Source: an uncultured Clostridia bacterium
Lineage (GTDB): Bacteria; Bacillota; Clostridia; Oscillospirales; Acutalibacteraceae
Reading direction: 5' to 3'
DNA length: 64,000 bases
Assembly: GCA_946183365.1 (NCBI GenBank)
Contig: CAMHAH010000016.1
Coordinates: 84-64,083, forward strand
Shown: positions 62,584 to 64,000 of the stretch, one piece after another
How the letters are laid out: each line of letters opens with the position of its first letter
How positions within the stretch are numbered: position 1 is the stretch's first letter
Notes under the pieces: generated by a model
Database searches by the model: none
What the model saw: the letters and a program-made list of their open reading frames with translations, nothing else
Told to the model about the DNA's origin: nothing
Made by a program: the position numbers and the translations under genes

Positions 62584-64000
62584 TGAGATATAAATCGTAT
62601 TCTTTTATCCTCTGTTTTTTGATCATTTTTTCAATGCTTTTATCCGTTTCATTAACATCCAACGCTGAGGAAAGTTCCGATAAGGATACTAAGCTCGAGG
62701 TTCCTCGTATAACCGTAGTTACTGAGGATGGAAACGGAACTACTCTCCAGAAAGCCGACGGATACGTTAACGCTGATATCACTATTACCGATAATGACGG
62801 AGCTGTTTTATCCGATAAGGTATCGTTCAAGGTCAGGGGAAACACTACATCCATGCCCCACATAGTGAAAAAGGCTTATACCTTCAAGTTCGATAAGAAA
62901 AAAGATGTCCTCGGTATGGGTAAAGGCAAGAAATGGGCTTTGATAGCGAATGCCTTTGATCCTACCTTACTTCGAAATTATACAGCTTTTGAGCTTGCGT
63001 ATGAGCTCGGTCTGGAGTATACATCCAATCAGAAGTTCGTAGAGCTGTGGGTAGATGGAAGTTATCGCGGCTGCTATACCTTGTATGAGCCTGTACAGGA
63101 GGGCAAGGACAGGGTAGATATCGATATTGAAAGCAACGACGGTAAAAAGGACTTTCTTTTGGAATATGAAGCTCAGAGAGTGGAAGATGATGTCACATAC
63201 TTCACGGTTGGCGGGTTAAGGTTCATTTCATCTGAACCCGAAGAACCGAATGACGACCAGCTGCAATATATTGTTGATACTATGACGAATATCATATCTA
63301 CTCTGAGGAACGGTTCCAAAGAAGAGATTGAGGCTGTTATAGATGTTTCGTCTTTTTCAAAATACTATTTGCTCAATGAATTGTTCAAGACATATGACTT
63401 CGATATGAGCTCGGTATTCTTCTATTATAAGAACGGAAAGCTGTTCGCGGGACCTCCGTGGGACTATGATCTGTCAACCGGTAATGTCAACGGCGAGACC
63501 TATAACTCATACAGAATTCAAAGCGCTTATAAAACAGACGGAGCCTTTGCCGCTTCAAGAAATATATATAAGTTTATCAGCGATAAAGAATGGTTCATCG
63601 ACGCTGTAAAAGATGAATATAATACTCATTACGATTATATTGAGAGAATTTATACTGATGGTGGATTGCTTGATTCGTTGTTACAGGAATACGGCGATCT
63701 GTTTGATCGTAACTACGCTCAAGGCGTAGCAGGAGTTAGAAAGCACTGGCTCAATCTGCAAAAGCCGCCGCTTCCTACATATCGAGAGAACTATGATTAT
63801 CTGAAAAATTGGCTTAATGCCAGAAACGAGTGGCTTTCTGAATACTATGAGGTACCTTTCGGCTTGCTGGGTGATGTGAACAGTGATGGAGATGTAGATG
63901 TTTCTGATGCCGCGTTGATTCTGAGAAAACAGATATTGATCAATGTTCCCGTTTTTACAGAAGTATTAGCCGATGTCGATTCCGACGGTGAGACGACAGT
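62584..64000 (+). CDS. Secreted CotH kinase-family protein with a C-terminal dockerin (partial, runs off the window; absent from the ORF track)
   Basis: My own translation. TTG start 7 nt after AAGGAGAG. Signal peptide ...SLTSNAEE. CotH-like blocks: VRGNTT, KKAYTFKF, LRNYTAFELA, VELWVDGSYRGCYTLYE. Dockerin GDVNSDGDVDVSDAA...DVDSDGE. Confidence 0.75.
63870..64000 (+). other. Dockerin module of the CotH-family protein (truncated by the window end)
   Basis: GDVNSDGDVDVSDAALILRKQI ... ADVDSDGET. Confidence 0.8.

Noticed and set aside
62579-62863. 94-aa minus-strand ORF listed in the track
   Set aside because: It lies antisense to the much longer, motif-supported CotH-family frame that runs off the window.
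1-64000. Search for tRNA, rRNA, tmRNA, CRISPR repeats, IS elements, integrases and prophage modules
   Set aside because: I found none by eye. There are no T-loop GGTTCGA contexts outside coding frames, no regularly spaced direct repeats, and no transposase- or integrase-like ORFs. tRNAscan, Infernal or ISEScan could confirm this.

Overview
The window looks like a 64-kb chromosomal segment of a Gram-positive anaerobe. I guess Clostridia, Oscillospiraceae/Ruminococcus-like, because three secreted proteins carry dockerin modules of the amylosome type. All calls come from motif recognition by eye plus the supplied ORF track; no database search was possible.

Gene content is mostly housekeeping, with a strong starch/glycogen theme:
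- Glycogen and starch: glgB-glgC-glgD-glgA; a 1278-aa type I pullulanase and an 861-aa alpha-amylase, both with an internal dockerin and starch-binding-like modules; and a GH13 lipoprotein.
- Central functions: guaA, RNase Y, fucO-like alcohol dehydrogenase, ldh.
- Transport: an ABC-2 exporter-like system, a large P-type ATPase, a sodium:solute symporter.
- Molybdate uptake and Moco cluster: modABC, moaA, moaC, a MOSC protein, a MoeA-like protein, mog.
- An operon for aromatic 2-oxoacid oxidation: two paaK paralogues, iorAB and an ACT-domain protein.
- An SOS-box-controlled Y-family polymerase cassette.
- A LytTR regulator with a membrane partner at the left edge.

I saw no rRNA, tRNA, CRISPR array, transposase, integrase or prophage genes.

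Many ORF-track starts are upstream TTG/GTG extensions. I re-set them to the start codon that has a Shine-Dalgarno sequence.

The candidates most worth a second look are:
1. A tightly coupled MutS-core ATPase plus YdjI-type SPFH gene pair (27.7-30.3 kb).
2. An apparently circularly permuted ROK/ASKHA-fold protein after the ABC-2 genes (17.45-18.54 kb).
3. A branching enzyme with a roughly 90-residue Lys/Ala/Glu-rich tail.
4. An acyltransferase / GT8 / GT8-acyltransferase-fusion operon, preceded by a repeat-rich, hairpin-dense intergenic region.
5. A starch-binding-like module duplicated together with its terminator between two GH13 genes.
6. A dockerin-bearing CotH-family protein at the right edge.

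None of these can be proven novel from sequence alone.
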